This document shows positions 48,249 to 58,882 of a stretch of 64,000 bases of DNA, one piece after another; the stretch's first letter is position 1, and each line of letters begins with the position of its first letter. The DNA lies in the IMG/VR virus record IMGVR_UViG_3300015261_000001, positions 62,001 to 126,000 of that record; one strand, given 5' to 3'. The notes beneath the pieces were generated by a model. It had not been told where the DNA came from. It ran no database searches and saw nothing but the letters and a program-made list of their open reading frames with translations. Position numbers and translations under genes: made by a program.

Positions 48249-49094
48249 ATGAACTGTGTGGATTACGCAATCGAGCGAGTGCAGAATAGTGATATCGACG
48301 AATACCTACTGAAGCTTGCTTTTGAAAACCCTAACGCCAACTACCAAGGGAACTGGTACGGTCAAGGGAACCTTACCACCGTAGCTCAAGGTATCCGCGA
48401 ACGAGTGATTCACAAGACTTGCCTGCCAGCCAGTAACTGCAACGGCGGCAAGACTGAGTTGATCGACTTGGGCGGTTCCATGATGCGCGGGTTGGGTAAC
48501 GGTTGTATTGAAGTCAACGTTCCTGAGATCACTACTCGGGGTGCGAAGATCATCAGCGTCACGGAGGTTTATCTCGGCAGCATGCAATCGGCTACCGGGC
48601 AACTCGGTATGGGCGTGAACGAGAACTCCACTTGTGGTGTTGGTTCTCTGAACTCGATGTTGGGCGGCATGATTGACGCGCTGGCTCCAAGTGCTTCGAT
48701 GCAAACCACTTACACCGACGTGCACATGACCGGTAACAACTGTTTCGTGATCTTTGGTATCAACATGGGGACTTACTCCATGACGGCCAAAGTAATCCTG
48801 GAATACGACGAAGGCATGAGTTCGATTCACCCTCGTCACTGGGAGAACTTTGCAGAGTTGGTGGAATGGGCTGTTAAGGCTCACATCTACCGTGTCTGCA
48901 AACGCCCTACTCAAGAAGCAGTGTATCGCTCGGGTGTTCCGCTGGAAGGTATCCGCGATGACATCATGGAGTACCGTGATGCGTGGCAGGGCTACAAAGA
49001 CTACCTGAAGGACACTTGGAGAGCCTGCATGGCTTGGAGCGACAAACAGGCGGTACATGAAGGTATCCGCATGTCGGTGCCGAGGAGAATGTAA
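48249..49094 (+). CDS. Conserved hypothetical, probable virion protein
   Basis: 281 aa, SD GGAG, TATG upstream, TAATG coupling to the next gene. Confidence 0.65.
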   Translation: MNCVDYAIERVQNSDIDEYLLKLAFENPNANYQGNWYGQGNLTTVAQGIRERVIHKTCLPASNCNGGKTELIDLGGSMMRGLGNGCIEVNVPEITTRGAKIISVTEVYLGSMQSATGQLGMGVNENSTCGVGSLNSMLGGMIDALAPSASMQTTYTDVHMTGNNCFVIFGINMGTYSMTAKVILEYDEGMSSIHPRHWENFAELVEWAVKAHIYRVCKRPTQEAVYRSGVPLEGIRDDIMEYRDAWQGYKDYLKDTWRACMAWSDKQAVHEGIRMSVPRRM

Positions 49095-50482
49095 TGGGTG
49101 CTTTCCACAACTCCCTCTGGGATGACGGGACGGAAGTCTTCAGTCTCTTTGAGGGACTTGAGTCACACGTCGTATCCTGGAACCCCCTCTACAGCCATTT
49201 ACGCGATGAGGGGCAGGTCGATGGTTTGGAGGCTTTGCTTCCTGGCGTTAACTTCGAATCGAACAACGCTATTCTGGTTGTGTTCGACAAGATGGCGACT
49301 TATCTGGACGTGACCCCGAAATGGGCAGCAGCGCTCCACAAGTACGTGTACAACTTCATCACCCGCAAGGTTGGCATGACCGACCACATGGCTTTCTTCG
49401 GGGCACCGTATCTGGGTCTGGAGAAGATCACCTTTACCACGGCTGACCGTAACCAGTGGTTCAGTGAGATCTTCGACTGCGATGAAGATGAGCTGCGGGA
49501 GAACCTGCACGCGTGCACGGCGATCAAGAAGGAGTGGGCAGTAGTAGGTGATGCGTTCAACATGACCATCCCTTACCTGCTCTACCGGATCAACAAGAGC
49601 AAGCTGGACGAGAAGACCAAGCACCGCGCGATGGTGGACGTTGTGTCCATGTATCACTACAAGTGTTTGACCAGTATCGTCCACAACGACTATCCGTTCA
49701 CTGCTCGGAAAGAAGTCGTGCTGGAAACCTACAACCGCCTGAGTCTGAAATACGACATCAAGCGTTACGGTAGCTGGCGAGCCCTGATCGAAGCACGAGC
49801 CGAATACATCATCAACCCGAAGACAGGTATTCACTTCGAAGCCTTCACGAAAATGGATGACGACAAGAAAATCGTCTACATGGTTGGTGACATTCAGAAC
49901 CGTCTGCGTCGGGCAATCAACGACATCAACAAAGTGTTCCACGATGTGAAGAACAAAACCAACATCGTGAAGGTAGAGGGCGCGCACGTTAACCTCCAAG
50001 ACGAGTTGACCATCAAGTCGGTTTCCAAGGAAGTTAACCAGCACGTCATGTACCTGGACCGAATCCTCACGGAAGAGACATCGTTCTTCAAAGAAGAGCT
50101 GATGGAATATGCGGTTGGCGTCCTAGACGGTGTTCGGATGGACATGCTCACGTATGTTCTGCAAGAATTCCCCAAACGCTACAACAATCCTAAAAAACCC
50201 GAGTACAAGCAATTCGCTGAAACCGTGGTGCTGCACATGTTTGAATACCTGCACACCAATGGTATCAAGAAGAGCAATGTGTACAACGTGCTCATCAAGA
50301 TGCGCGGGGCGTACGGGGCCAGCCGCAGTAACAACGACATGGTTAAGGTGATCCGTGATCTGGGTGACCAGATTGTAATTGAGATCACTGGTCGTAAAAC
50401 ACCACAGTGGGTACTCACCACGCGCACTGCCTTGAGTCTCTTCATGGTACTGCGTGTAATTTCCAAAGACTATTTCGAATAA
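49094..50482 (+). CDS. Conserved helical protein, probable head protein
   Basis: 462 aa with N-terminal DGTE, EGLE and DGLE putative maturation sites. Confidence 0.65.
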   Translation: MGAFHNSLWDDGTEVFSLFEGLESHVVSWNPLYSHLRDEGQVDGLEALLPGVNFESNNAILVVFDKMATYLDVTPKWAAALHKYVYNFITRKVGMTDHMAFFGAPYLGLEKITFTTADRNQWFSEIFDCDEDELRENLHACTAIKKEWAVVGDAFNMTIPYLLYRINKSKLDEKTKHRAMVDVVSMYHYKCLTSIVHNDYPFTARKEVVLETYNRLSLKYDIKRYGSWRALIEARAEYIINPKTGIHFEAFTKMDDDKKIVYMVGDIQNRLRRAINDINKVFHDVKNKTNIVKVEGAHVNLQDELTIKSVSKEVNQHVMYLDRILTEETSFFKEELMEYAVGVLDGVRMDMLTYVLQEFPKRYNNPKKPEYKQFAETVVLHMFEYLHTNGIKKSNVYNVLIKMRGAYGASRSNNDMVKVIRDLGDQIVIEITGRKTPQWVLTTRTALSLFMVLRVISKDYFE

Positions 50483-50505
50483 CCAACAGTAACAAGGACA
50501 TCTCC

Positions 50506-50817
50506 ATGAGCCAGGGCATTCAAGTTATCAATTTCAACGCGTCGACCATGCACATGCTGGGCAAGACGGAAATGGCGTTTAAGGGTGGGAGCGCCGAAGT
50601 ACTGGTAGTGGCTAAAATGGCCGGTCCTGTAGGCGCGGCAGAAGGTGGTAACAAATCGGTAGAAGAAGTAGGTACTTCTGATGCTCGTTTTTACCTGAGC
50701 CCGATGATCGCGCAGACTGCGTTTGAAGATCTGACCAAGGGCAACAAAATGATGCCGGTATTCGAAGGCCGCACTGCGACCGAGATGCAAGAGCATCTGA
50801 TCAAAAACGCGAAGTAA
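50506..50817 (+). CDS. Hypothetical protein
   Basis: SD AAGGA before ATG 50506. Confidence 0.65.
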   Translation: MSQGIQVINFNASTMHMLGKTEMAFKGGSAEVLVVAKMAGPVGAAEGGNKSVEEVGTSDARFYLSPMIAQTAFEDLTKGNKMMPVFEGRTATEMQEHLIKNAK

Positions 50818-50828
50818 GGAAAGTGAAC

Positions 50829-51122
50829 ATGTCCTTCAGAAAACCAGCGGTTGGTCTGATCAGCATGACTCACTCGATGCTGAACGTGTTCATGGACAGT
50901 GGTAAGGGTCAACTGCCAGCCTTTGTGGTGGTTGAGCGTAACAAGAGCGAAGACGAAGACAAGCAGGACATTGATCTGCATGATCCTCGCTTTCGTTGGT
51001 TTCTTGATGCCAACGTTGCCGGAGAGTGTTTCACCGAGCTGACTGCTGGGCGTCCTCTTCATGCTGGCATCAAAGGTCACACGTATGACGAACTGAAGAA
51101 CTTCGCGTTGGCGGTTGCGTAA
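50829..51122 (+). CDS. Hypothetical protein
   Basis: SD AAGGA, ends at a hairpin. Confidence 0.65.
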   Translation: MSFRKPAVGLISMTHSMLNVFMDSGKGQLPAFVVVERNKSEDEDKQDIDLHDPRFRWFLDANVAGECFTELTAGRPLHAGIKGHTYDELKNFALAVA

Positions 51123-51139
51123 CAAACCAAAACCGGTCA

Positions 51140-51186
51140 TAACCCTCCCAGCCCTTTGCGGGGCTGGGAGGGTTAGCCTTATGCCG
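51140..51186. terminator. Hairpin between convergent genes, followed by TTATGCCG
   Basis: TAACCCTCCCAGCCC-TTTGCG-GGGCTGGGAGGGTTA. Confidence 0.85.
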
Positions 51187-54100
51187 CTCTACGAAGTTGC
51201 AGGTGTCGTTTATTCCGTTCCAGTTTAGCGTCGTCGATGATACTGTCGATCGTCATCAGGCGAGACTGTTCTGGTGGCAGGAGTTTAACGAGTTTACGGA
51301 TTTCAGCTTCCAGTCGCAGCGCCAACAGGTTGTCGTTGGTAGTCAACAACTCATCGGTCAACTGAGCAACTTTGGCCTTCACCTTGCCCATGAACTGAAC
51401 CACATGCGGTTCCATCGCTGGAGCAGCGCTAGGGTTGTTCTCGTTCAAGATGTTGCGGGTCTCTGTCAGAGCAATACCCGGCGGAATACCGTAAAGGGAT
51501 TTGTTCATCCCCAGCTTAATAAACCAGTAACTGAGAAGCCACGCGATAACCAAGTCATCGTGCATTTTCTTGTCGTGGTCTATTCGATCGCCTCGAGTTT
51601 TCAAGTTGATCAGCTCGTCTGCCAGTTTCGGATAGTTCAAACCGTAACCGGTGTTGCCCACCGCTTCCATGATCAGACCATACAGGGTGTCCCGAGAAGT
51701 CTTGGTCGTCACAAACCCGAAGTGTTGCTTGTACTTCAGGTAGAAGTTCTTGGTGCGGTTACTGAAGGTAGTGCGGCGGATCTCTTCGTACTCGTTTTCA
51801 TGGTTAACGGTGTCTTGATAGATCGCGTTGTAAATCCGTTGGAACGGATCCATGCCTTTAGCAGGCAACATAATCAGCAGACTGTCGATCATGTGGTGAG
51901 CGTAGTTACGCTCAATGACCAGCAAGCTGTTCTTGATTACGTCCAGCAGGTCCACCAGGATGTTGGTGACGTTATCCAAGAAGGTCAGTGCGTAGCGACC
52001 TACTCCTACCACCTTACCGGTCCTCATACTTCGAATGATGATGGTGCAGGCGTCCTTGTTGATTGCCGACGAAGTATCACAACCGATCAAGAAGAAGTCG
52101 TTGTGTTCCTTCTTGCTCATCTCCACCAGCTCTTGCTGCGTCACAAAGAAGTCCATGTACAACTGGCTGTCTTTGTACTCCTTGCTCCAAACCACCTCCC
52201 GCTTCATGTTGTTGATAGCTTCACGAGTTACGTCGTCAAACAGGCGGTTCTCACCGTCCTCTACCCACATGAGCAGCAAGTCGATCTTCGCCTTGGCCAA
52301 GCTCAAGCTAAGTTCGTCGATAACTTCCTTCACCCAGGTTTTGTCTTTACCCAGTTGCAGGTAGTTATAAACCATACTGACCGACGGAGACGTGGTCTCT
52401 TTCGGAGACGCCCGGATTAGGCGTTGTTTCAGATGGCTCTCACCGAACGAGTCGAAGAAGCTTTCACGCCACTCGGTTGCAGTCATCAGACGCTTGAACA
52501 TGAAATCACCGCTAGGGTGCAGTGTCGTGTTCGGCGTAGTGATGTGGTTAATACCGTACGGCAACCCAGCAACTCGGCAGTTGCTCATTTCTGTCAGTGC
52601 CGAAGGCGCGCAACCGTCGATGATGGTCTCAATGAAGCTGATGTAAGCAGACTCATCATAGTTGGTGGTGCCTACCCGGAGACCCCGTCCCAAGTCACCA
52701 GCTTGCGCCTGACTTTGTTGCGGAACGTTAACGTACATAGTGTTGATTTTGTCTTCACCGAAAGCTTTGTACGTCAGGGAAGTACCAGCGTCCTTGTCCT
52801 TGTAGCTTGAGTTGATCAAGTACTTGGGGATACTGTTCCGAATGGTCTTGATGGCGTTGATGAACTGAGCGCGGTTGTCAGACTTCAGTGTAATCAGGTG
52901 AGAGGTGTAACCCCGACCCATGATGTACGTCAACCAGAAGTTGATTACCTGCACCGCCACAGTGTTGTGGGTCACCAAGAACTCATCGGTGATGTACAGG
53001 TGTTCTACCGCGTCCACTTCAATACACGTGCACTCGTCGTCACCGGCATACTTGATGTCGGTAATGAACAGGGCGTTGGTGGTGTAAACTGGTTTCGGTT
53101 TTTCCGCAAGGTAGAAGTAGTCAATAGCTTCCGGCAGGGTAATAGTCACGCCCGTTTTGGTCTTCTTGGCGGTACCGCCAAAGCTCCGAGCGAGGTAACT
53201 CAATTGACCTGTCATAGCACGCCCTACAGCCACGTGCGCCGAATCCTTCCCTACCGTAGCCCCAACGTCGAGAAACGCGTGGAGCAGCTTCTTACGGTCT
53301 TCTAGAGCACCTTCAAGGTACTCCGGCGCGGCACCGTACTCCGCGTTCACCGAAAACGGCTTTCCATCCGCTCGCCAGAGGATAGTGGCGTCCTGATTAC
53401 CAGCAACTTCCACACCCATTGGCAGATTGACGTACAGATATTGAAGCTGTGCTGCATTGAGACCCTGAAGGTGGATCTCCTTACCCACTTCCTCACCTTG
53501 CAGTAACAGACCCAGAACATAAGGGTCGATTGGCAGCTGTTGCTTAGGACCATCCTCGGCATCAATCAACGGCAGTTGGAGCTTGGCACCTTTCTTTAGA
53601 CGCTCAATCAAGCCTGAAGTGGTGTAGTCATCCCAATAAGCTTTGCCTTCATGCTTGTCGGAATGGTCTCGGGCTGTCCACAAGTGTTCAGTGCCCACAT
53701 CGGTATAACGACCATCACTGGTGTACACGCGATATAGCCGCTTGGTCCCTTGTGGGTGAATGCCGATAACTGTTGCTTCATTGCCGTAACGGTCAACGAT
53801 GGCTTCGCCTACTTGCAAGTCACCGATCTTCTTCCAGGTATCTTTAGTCGTGATGTTGCGACCAAGGTCCTTTGTTTTAATCCGCACCTTTGAACTGTTA
53901 CGCTGCAACTTGCCCTGCTGACGAGGCATGATCATGTACGTGGTAACGTGGTTCAGGTAAGACCACATGAAACTGATGTTACCGCGGTTAGCACGAAATC
54001 CGTGAGTCGGACCCAGACGACAGACTTCTCGCAAGAAGTACCAGAAGTTGGTTCGGGTCTCCTGAGCGATCATGGTGATCTGCTCGTTGGTCAGCTCTTC

Positions 54101-54451
54101 GGAATAAGGATCCAGTCCTTGCAACAACGGGTTGTTCAGTTGAAGCAAGAAGTAGTAGTTCTTGATACCTTGGCGACGGAAGATTTCAGCAGTCCGCAAG
54201 AACGAGGTGTTTTTCGTTCCAAGGTCAGGGGCGGCGCTGTACAGGTGGAAGTCTTTCAAGAAGCGAACAGTCTTGATGCCCCACAAGCTGTCTTCGTTGT
54301 AATGAGCCAGCAAAAGCTCATCTTCGGATCGACTCTCTGGATCGATACGCTTCTTCCGATCGTCGATCAACGTCTTAGGGAGGTTGTTGCTTCCTAAGTA
54401 GTCGACCAACTTTTTTGCAAAGAGAAGATTCTCATTGTCAGTTGTGTCCAT
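51179..54451 (-). CDS. terL: Terminase large subunit with intein
   Basis: Walker A PRQQGK|TV interrupted by an intein, GRG, Walker B NYDESAY, TTP, nuclease IGCDTS..VIERN..HDDLVIAW. Confidence 0.95.
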   Translation of the reverse strand: MDTTDNENLLFAKKLVDYLGSNNLPKTLIDDRKKRIDPESRSEDELLLAHYNEDSLWGIKTVRFLKDFHLYSAAPDLGTKNTSFLRTAEIFRRQGIKNYYFLLQLNNPLLQGLDPYSEELTNEQITMIAQETRTNFWYFLREVCRLGPTHGFRANRGNISFMWSYLNHVTTYMIMPRQQGKLQRNSSKVRIKTKDLGRNITTKDTWKKIGDLQVGEAIVDRYGNEATVIGIHPQGTKRLYRVYTSDGRYTDVGTEHLWTARDHSDKHEGKAYWDDYTTSGLIERLKKGAKLQLPLIDAEDGPKQQLPIDPYVLGLLLQGEEVGKEIHLQGLNAAQLQYLYVNLPMGVEVAGNQDATILWRADGKPFSVNAEYGAAPEYLEGALEDRKKLLHAFLDVGATVGKDSAHVAVGRAMTGQLSYLARSFGGTAKKTKTGVTITLPEAIDYFYLAEKPKPVYTTNALFITDIKYAGDDECTCIEVDAVEHLYITDEFLVTHNTVAVQVINFWLTYIMGRGYTSHLITLKSDNRAQFINAIKTIRNSIPKYLINSSYKDKDAGTSLTYKAFGEDKINTMYVNVPQQSQAQAGDLGRGLRVGTTNYDESAYISFIETIIDGCAPSALTEMSNCRVAGLPYGINHITTPNTTLHPSGDFMFKRLMTATEWRESFFDSFGESHLKQRLIRASPKETTSPSVSMVYNYLQLGKDKTWVKEVIDELSLSLAKAKIDLLLMWVEDGENRLFDDVTREAINNMKREVVWSKEYKDSQLYMDFFVTQQELVEMSKKEHNDFFLIGCDTSSAINKDACTIIIRSMRTGKVVGVGRYALTFLDNVTNILVDLLDVIKNSLLVIERNYAHHMIDSLLIMLPAKGMDPFQRIYNAIYQDTVNHENEYEEIRRTTFSNRTKNFYLKYKQHFGFVTTKTSRDTLYGLIMEAVGNTGYGLNYPKLADELINLKTRGDRIDHDKKMHDDLVIAWLLSYWFIKLGMNKSLYGIPPGIALTETRNILNENNPSAAPAMEPHVVQFMGKVKAKVAQLTDELLTTNDNLLALRLEAEIRKLVKLLPPEQSRLMTIDSIIDDAKLERNKRHLQLRRAA
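52964..53908 (-). mobile_element. Class-3-type intein (315 aa) in the terL Walker A, with degenerate LAGLIDADG domain
   Basis: WKKIGDLQVGE, block B EHLW, block F CTCIEVD, block G VTHN|T. Removing it restores PRQQGKTVAV. Confidence 0.9.
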
Positions 54452-54488
54452 GAATTATAAACCCAAAGTGAACGAACTCATAGAAACA

Positions 54489-54516
54489 GTAACCCTAGCC
54501 AAACGGCTAGGGTTAC
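54489..54516. terminator. Hairpin upstream of terL
   Basis: GTAACCCTAGCC-AAAC-GGCTAGGGTTAC. Confidence 0.7.
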
Positions 54517-54541
54517 CGGTCGGTCATAGTATCGAAATGGG

Positions 54542-56272
54542 TTACGGCAGCAAATCAACCGTAACAGCCGATTGACCGAGTTGCAGTTCAACGCCCGCTG
54601 CATCGCGGCTGACCCATTGGATGAACCAGGTCTGACCTTGTTGCAGTTGGATACCGAGGACGTTGTTCTTGTTCCAGTCGGTCGCAATGGTAAAGCGCCA
54701 TTTGCGTTTGTCGACTGGGTGCATCAGGTAGAAGTGAGTCGGCTCTGGAGCTTTCTCTTCATCGAAACGGTTGTAGCTCGGCTCAACACCACGGTACATC
54801 GCCTTCAACCAGTTCTCGACCAGATAGATATCCTGCGAGATGTTGACGGTAGTGGTGATGCCTGCGTTCTTGGTCTTCGCGAACATGCCGCCGTAGAACG
54901 GTTTGTTCGGCGAGAAGCCAACGTCCCAACGCTTACCGGTGCCGTTGATGTCCTTGTACAAGATGATCGTGGTGTGCTGGTTGAAGATAACGCTTTCATA
55001 CAGCGGCGACACGTCTTTCAAGTTCAAGTTGAAGATCAGCGACTGAGACACGCCGTACGACACAGGACGCCATGGTTCCGACTTGTCGTTGAACGTGACC
55101 TTGGCGGTAACGTCGAGCGCAGTCTTGCGGTCCAAGTCGTACAGGTAGTGCGACAAGCTCCAACCACTGATTGCCGGATCCCACACTGGGAAGGTGTAGA
55201 TCTTCGGCGAGTAAGCACCTTTGACCGCGGCCGACTGTACCCGATAGATACGGTTGGTGTGATCCGGTGTACCCGGCTTCGGCATGTAAGCTTGTTCATT
55301 TGGCTGGTGTTTGTAGATGAGGTTGAGTTCACCTTCTTGCCCAGGCCAGGTCGGACGATATTCGTTCACACCGTACAGGCTGAAACGTTCACCGTTGACT
55401 GGGAGCGGCTCTGGACTGACACTACCGTCGGAGTAATGCACGATCGCACGCAGTTCTACTGCTGGAATCAAAACGTTCATCGGGATGATGAGCAGTTCTG
55501 GGTCCATGGTGTTGGTGAACCATGGCGACAGCAGTTCGACCTCGGTCACGTACTTGGTACCGATCTGGTGGTCTTTCATGTACGAGCAATGCTGAACCAT
55601 CAGCGGTTGAGCAGGTGGAATGTAATCACCGCCCTCGTCGTAGAACACCAGCCAGCAACGAGTACCGTCTTTCAGCGCTTCTTCGTTCATGGTGACACTG
55701 AATGGACCAGTGGTCATGATCGAGACGTTGGTGCGGTCGACGATTTCAGCCAACTTGCATGGCACCTTGTTGGTGGTCATGTTGTTGGACTTGTCGTACT
55801 GAGCACTGATGATCGCCGTTTCAACAGCAGCGCTGCCGAGGAACACTTTGGCGTAAGCAGCACCCGGACGCATGATGGTCGCGTCAACACGAGCCACGTT
55901 TGGGCGCACGCTGTAATCGATCGACAGCAGTGCTTCACCGGCCATTGGACCACCACGCAGGCCGTAGATCCAATCCTGCTCAGTAGTCGCGTCTTCGTTA
56001 CCGTTGATCAACGCCCAAGGAACAAGCGTTGCTTTTTGGGTAGCCTGACTATCGACGTGAGCCACCCGCAGGATCACACCGTTGTTGACGTCGAAGACCA
56101 GCCAGTTCTCTTTCGGCACGACGTACTTGGTTTGATCCTCTGGTGGATGCTTGTCAGGATCGAACATGTCCTCGATATAGAGGAACATCCCCCGCTGGGG
56201 ATTGTTGGTCGTAGAAGCGGCGGTTGCAGCAATCGCGCGCTCCGCAGACGTACTGGGTTTATCATCGAACAT
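54542..56272 (-). CDS. Virion structural protein (phiKZ gp26 position)
   Basis: 576 aa, beta-rich, syntenic between terL and the sheath gene. Confidence 0.7.
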   Translation of the reverse strand: MFDDKPSTSAERAIAATAASTTNNPQRGMFLYIEDMFDPDKHPPEDQTKYVVPKENWLVFDVNNGVILRVAHVDSQATQKATLVPWALINGNEDATTEQDWIYGLRGGPMAGEALLSIDYSVRPNVARVDATIMRPGAAYAKVFLGSAAVETAIISAQYDKSNNMTTNKVPCKLAEIVDRTNVSIMTTGPFSVTMNEEALKDGTRCWLVFYDEGGDYIPPAQPLMVQHCSYMKDHQIGTKYVTEVELLSPWFTNTMDPELLIIPMNVLIPAVELRAIVHYSDGSVSPEPLPVNGERFSLYGVNEYRPTWPGQEGELNLIYKHQPNEQAYMPKPGTPDHTNRIYRVQSAAVKGAYSPKIYTFPVWDPAISGWSLSHYLYDLDRKTALDVTAKVTFNDKSEPWRPVSYGVSQSLIFNLNLKDVSPLYESVIFNQHTTIILYKDINGTGKRWDVGFSPNKPFYGGMFAKTKNAGITTTVNISQDIYLVENWLKAMYRGVEPSYNRFDEEKAPEPTHFYLMHPVDKRKWRFTIATDWNKNNVLGIQLQQGQTWFIQWVSRDAAGVELQLGQSAVTVDLLP

Positions 56273-58877
56273 TGTTGTTTACCTCGAAATGACCTTCAAT
56301 CACACAAACTGAATTGAGGTAACTGGCGTTGACTTGGCGGATAAAGGCCATCTCATTTGCAGTCACGGTTACCAACCCGAAGTTGGCGTAAGGCATGATC
56401 GCAAAGTACCGACGATCAAACTCCAACGGAACCGGGTCGTACTTCAGCCACCACATGTAAGGGGCAACCTGTTCCCGGACGAACTGTTCCGTGTAACCTT
56501 CTTCCATGTCTTCCAATGCGGGCAAGACCAGCAGCCGATTTAGGATGGCGTTAACAATCACGCTCAAGAACGGGCTGAACAACCGATACTTATCCTGCAT
56601 GTTTGGGATAACAGGATTAGTGTTCGGTTTAGGGAGATACAAGGTCAAGTAGTCACTGACCCGCTGGTCCACAGCACGACTTTCTTTGAACCCTGGGAAG
56701 TTGTCATACGGCTCGACGTACTTAATCGGACAGTAGACGTGTTTCACCATGTACGGGCGACCGTTCAGGTGGTTCCACAGGTTATCAGGAGAATGGGTCT
56801 CCGCGTTGGGTACTTCATCAGTGACATACAGAGCGCCATTGATGACTGTGCGAGTAACCCGATCTTCCCGCAGGTTGTAGCGAGGGAAACGACCGATCAC
56901 ACCACCGTCGACAAAGCCCAACTCGGTATCCCGCTTTGGCTTGGTCTGATCTTCCCAGAACTGGTGACCCCGGTAGGTAATGACCTGCGGACCATCAACA
57001 ATGAACTCCTTGTTGAAGATGTAGCAGTAGCCGTCCTTGTAGATCCAATCGACGTTGTCGATCAGCGGGTGACCGTTGAGGAAGACCTCGGTGTTGGCAA
57101 ACGAGATCGGGAAGATCAAGCCGCCATCTTCGTAGATCTGGGTTTGGGCGAACGCCAAGCTGTGGTCGATGTGATCCAACTCAAACGTGTACGCCAAGTG
57201 TGCCGTGTTGAACAACAGCACACCACGCTGGTTGACATGGTCCAGCCCGCGCCATACCAAAGTACCGTTAACGATACCGTAGATGGTTTCATCCCCCGTC
57301 ACATCGGTCAGAGGTCCTTGGATCTCTTGAGCGTCGATGTTGTAGAAGCTGGTGTAGACCCGGAAGTCGTTCACCGCGCTGATCGGAATGTCGGTGTTGA
57401 TAATGATCGAATCCAACTTGCGAGCATACTGACCAACAATGAACTCCACCAACTTGCACTCGGGGTTAACCGGGTTGTAGTAACGAGTGTTGATCCGGTT
57501 GTAGTAACCCAGCAACAAACCGTCGGCGTCGTATTCCCACGCACTGAAGGTTTCACGGTAAGTGAACGGAATCTCGATCCCGCGACCACCAGCCTCATAT
57601 TCCACATGCAACGGCGATTCGCTGAGCACACGAGTAGCGGCGTTGTAGCCCACTGCCAGCTTGGCGCCCACCCGGTCCAGATTCTTCATCTGCTTACGGG
57701 TAAAACTCATGACCACACCTTTCTCAAGGTTTGGCGCAGTCCACTCAGGAACAGTGGCGCGATCACCGGTCATTGCCCGGACGATACCGACGTCATCCAT
57801 CCGGTACAGATAACGAATGCGTTGATGTTCATGCGGCCACTGGTGTTCCCAGTCGGTACGGCGAACCAACACTAATACCCGGATATCCGATACATTGGAC
57901 AAGGCTGGGTGGTATTCGCTGGCTGCATGAACAGCGTCGTCAGAAATACTGACGTCAACATGAGTCAACTGACGGATAGCGGTGATGTCATTTCGATGGA
58001 AGTACAAACCATATGGGGTTTTGCCCAGCAGGTAGAAGTCATTGTCATCGAAGTAACGGAACGTAAAGTCACCGGGGCGTTTTGGCGGATGGATGATCAG
58101 CTTGCGCTTCTGGTCCAAGTCCGAGTAAAAGTCTTTGAGGCTGGCGTACGCGTAAATCTCGGAACGAATCACGGTTGGGTCATGGAAGACCTCGACCACG
58201 TCACCCACTGCCAGTTTGGGAATGGTGTTGGGTGCACCGTGGTAATACGCGCCGTTATGGATCACCCCAGTAAAGCCGGCTTTGTTCTTGTAGAACTGAT
58301 AGCGGGCAGTAAAGGTAGCCAATTCCGCAGGACTTTCGTAGACCATGGTCTCGTAAGCGTACGGGTTGGTTTGGGGTAGATCGACTTGTTCGTTACGCGC
58401 CACCGCGATCGAAGCCGTGTAGCAACGGAAGTACATCTCCTCACCACGGGCGATCGGGTAAACCTTGGTCTTTTCCAGAGCGATCAGGGTCAGGCCGTCA
58501 TAGGTGGTCATGAGCCACGCTTTGCTGCGACTGTACTGGTAGCCCTTGGTGTTGTAAACATCCAGCTGCACGCCGCGACGTTTGCACAGGTCGCCCATGT
58601 TGATCCAACGATCGAGTGGGTTGCGGCGCAGTACGCTGGTGCGGAAGTTCCAGTACCCGGCATCGAGACCTGCTACGCTGAACACATAGTAGAACGTGTC
58701 ACGCTTCGGCAACGTCCTCCATTTATTCATGTAGGTGAAGTTGTCGATGTCGCCGTAGTAGTCGCTGATCCGAACGGTTTTAACCTGGTACTGGTGGTTC
58801 TCCTCTGGATTACCCCACAAGTTGTCGGTAGCGTACTCCAACAAGGGGTTATCGGTGTCAAACCCTTTCAAGATCAT
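56262..58877 (-). CDS. Virion structural protein (phiKZ gp27 position)
   Basis: 871 aa. Assigned by synteny. Confidence 0.7.
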   Translation of the reverse strand: MILKGFDTDNPLLEYATDNLWGNPEENHQYQVKTVRISDYYGDIDNFTYMNKWRTLPKRDTFYYVFSVAGLDAGYWNFRTSVLRRNPLDRWINMGDLCKRRGVQLDVYNTKGYQYSRSKAWLMTTYDGLTLIALEKTKVYPIARGEEMYFRCYTASIAVARNEQVDLPQTNPYAYETMVYESPAELATFTARYQFYKNKAGFTGVIHNGAYYHGAPNTIPKLAVGDVVEVFHDPTVIRSEIYAYASLKDFYSDLDQKRKLIIHPPKRPGDFTFRYFDDNDFYLLGKTPYGLYFHRNDITAIRQLTHVDVSISDDAVHAASEYHPALSNVSDIRVLVLVRRTDWEHQWPHEHQRIRYLYRMDDVGIVRAMTGDRATVPEWTAPNLEKGVVMSFTRKQMKNLDRVGAKLAVGYNAATRVLSESPLHVEYEAGGRGIEIPFTYRETFSAWEYDADGLLLGYYNRINTRYYNPVNPECKLVEFIVGQYARKLDSIIINTDIPISAVNDFRVYTSFYNIDAQEIQGPLTDVTGDETIYGIVNGTLVWRGLDHVNQRGVLLFNTAHLAYTFELDHIDHSLAFAQTQIYEDGGLIFPISFANTEVFLNGHPLIDNVDWIYKDGYCYIFNKEFIVDGPQVITYRGHQFWEDQTKPKRDTELGFVDGGVIGRFPRYNLREDRVTRTVINGALYVTDEVPNAETHSPDNLWNHLNGRPYMVKHVYCPIKYVEPYDNFPGFKESRAVDQRVSDYLTLYLPKPNTNPVIPNMQDKYRLFSPFLSVIVNAILNRLLVLPALEDMEEGYTEQFVREQVAPYMWWLKYDPVPLEFDRRYFAIMPYANFGLVTVTANEMAFIRQVNASYLNSVCVIEGHFEVNNNVR

Positions 58878-58882
58878 AAGAG

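Noticed and set aside
54410-54416. In-frame A AAA AAG slippery heptamer near the start of terL
   Set aside because: The -1 frame stops after about a dozen codons and no stimulator is evident. It is probably incidental.
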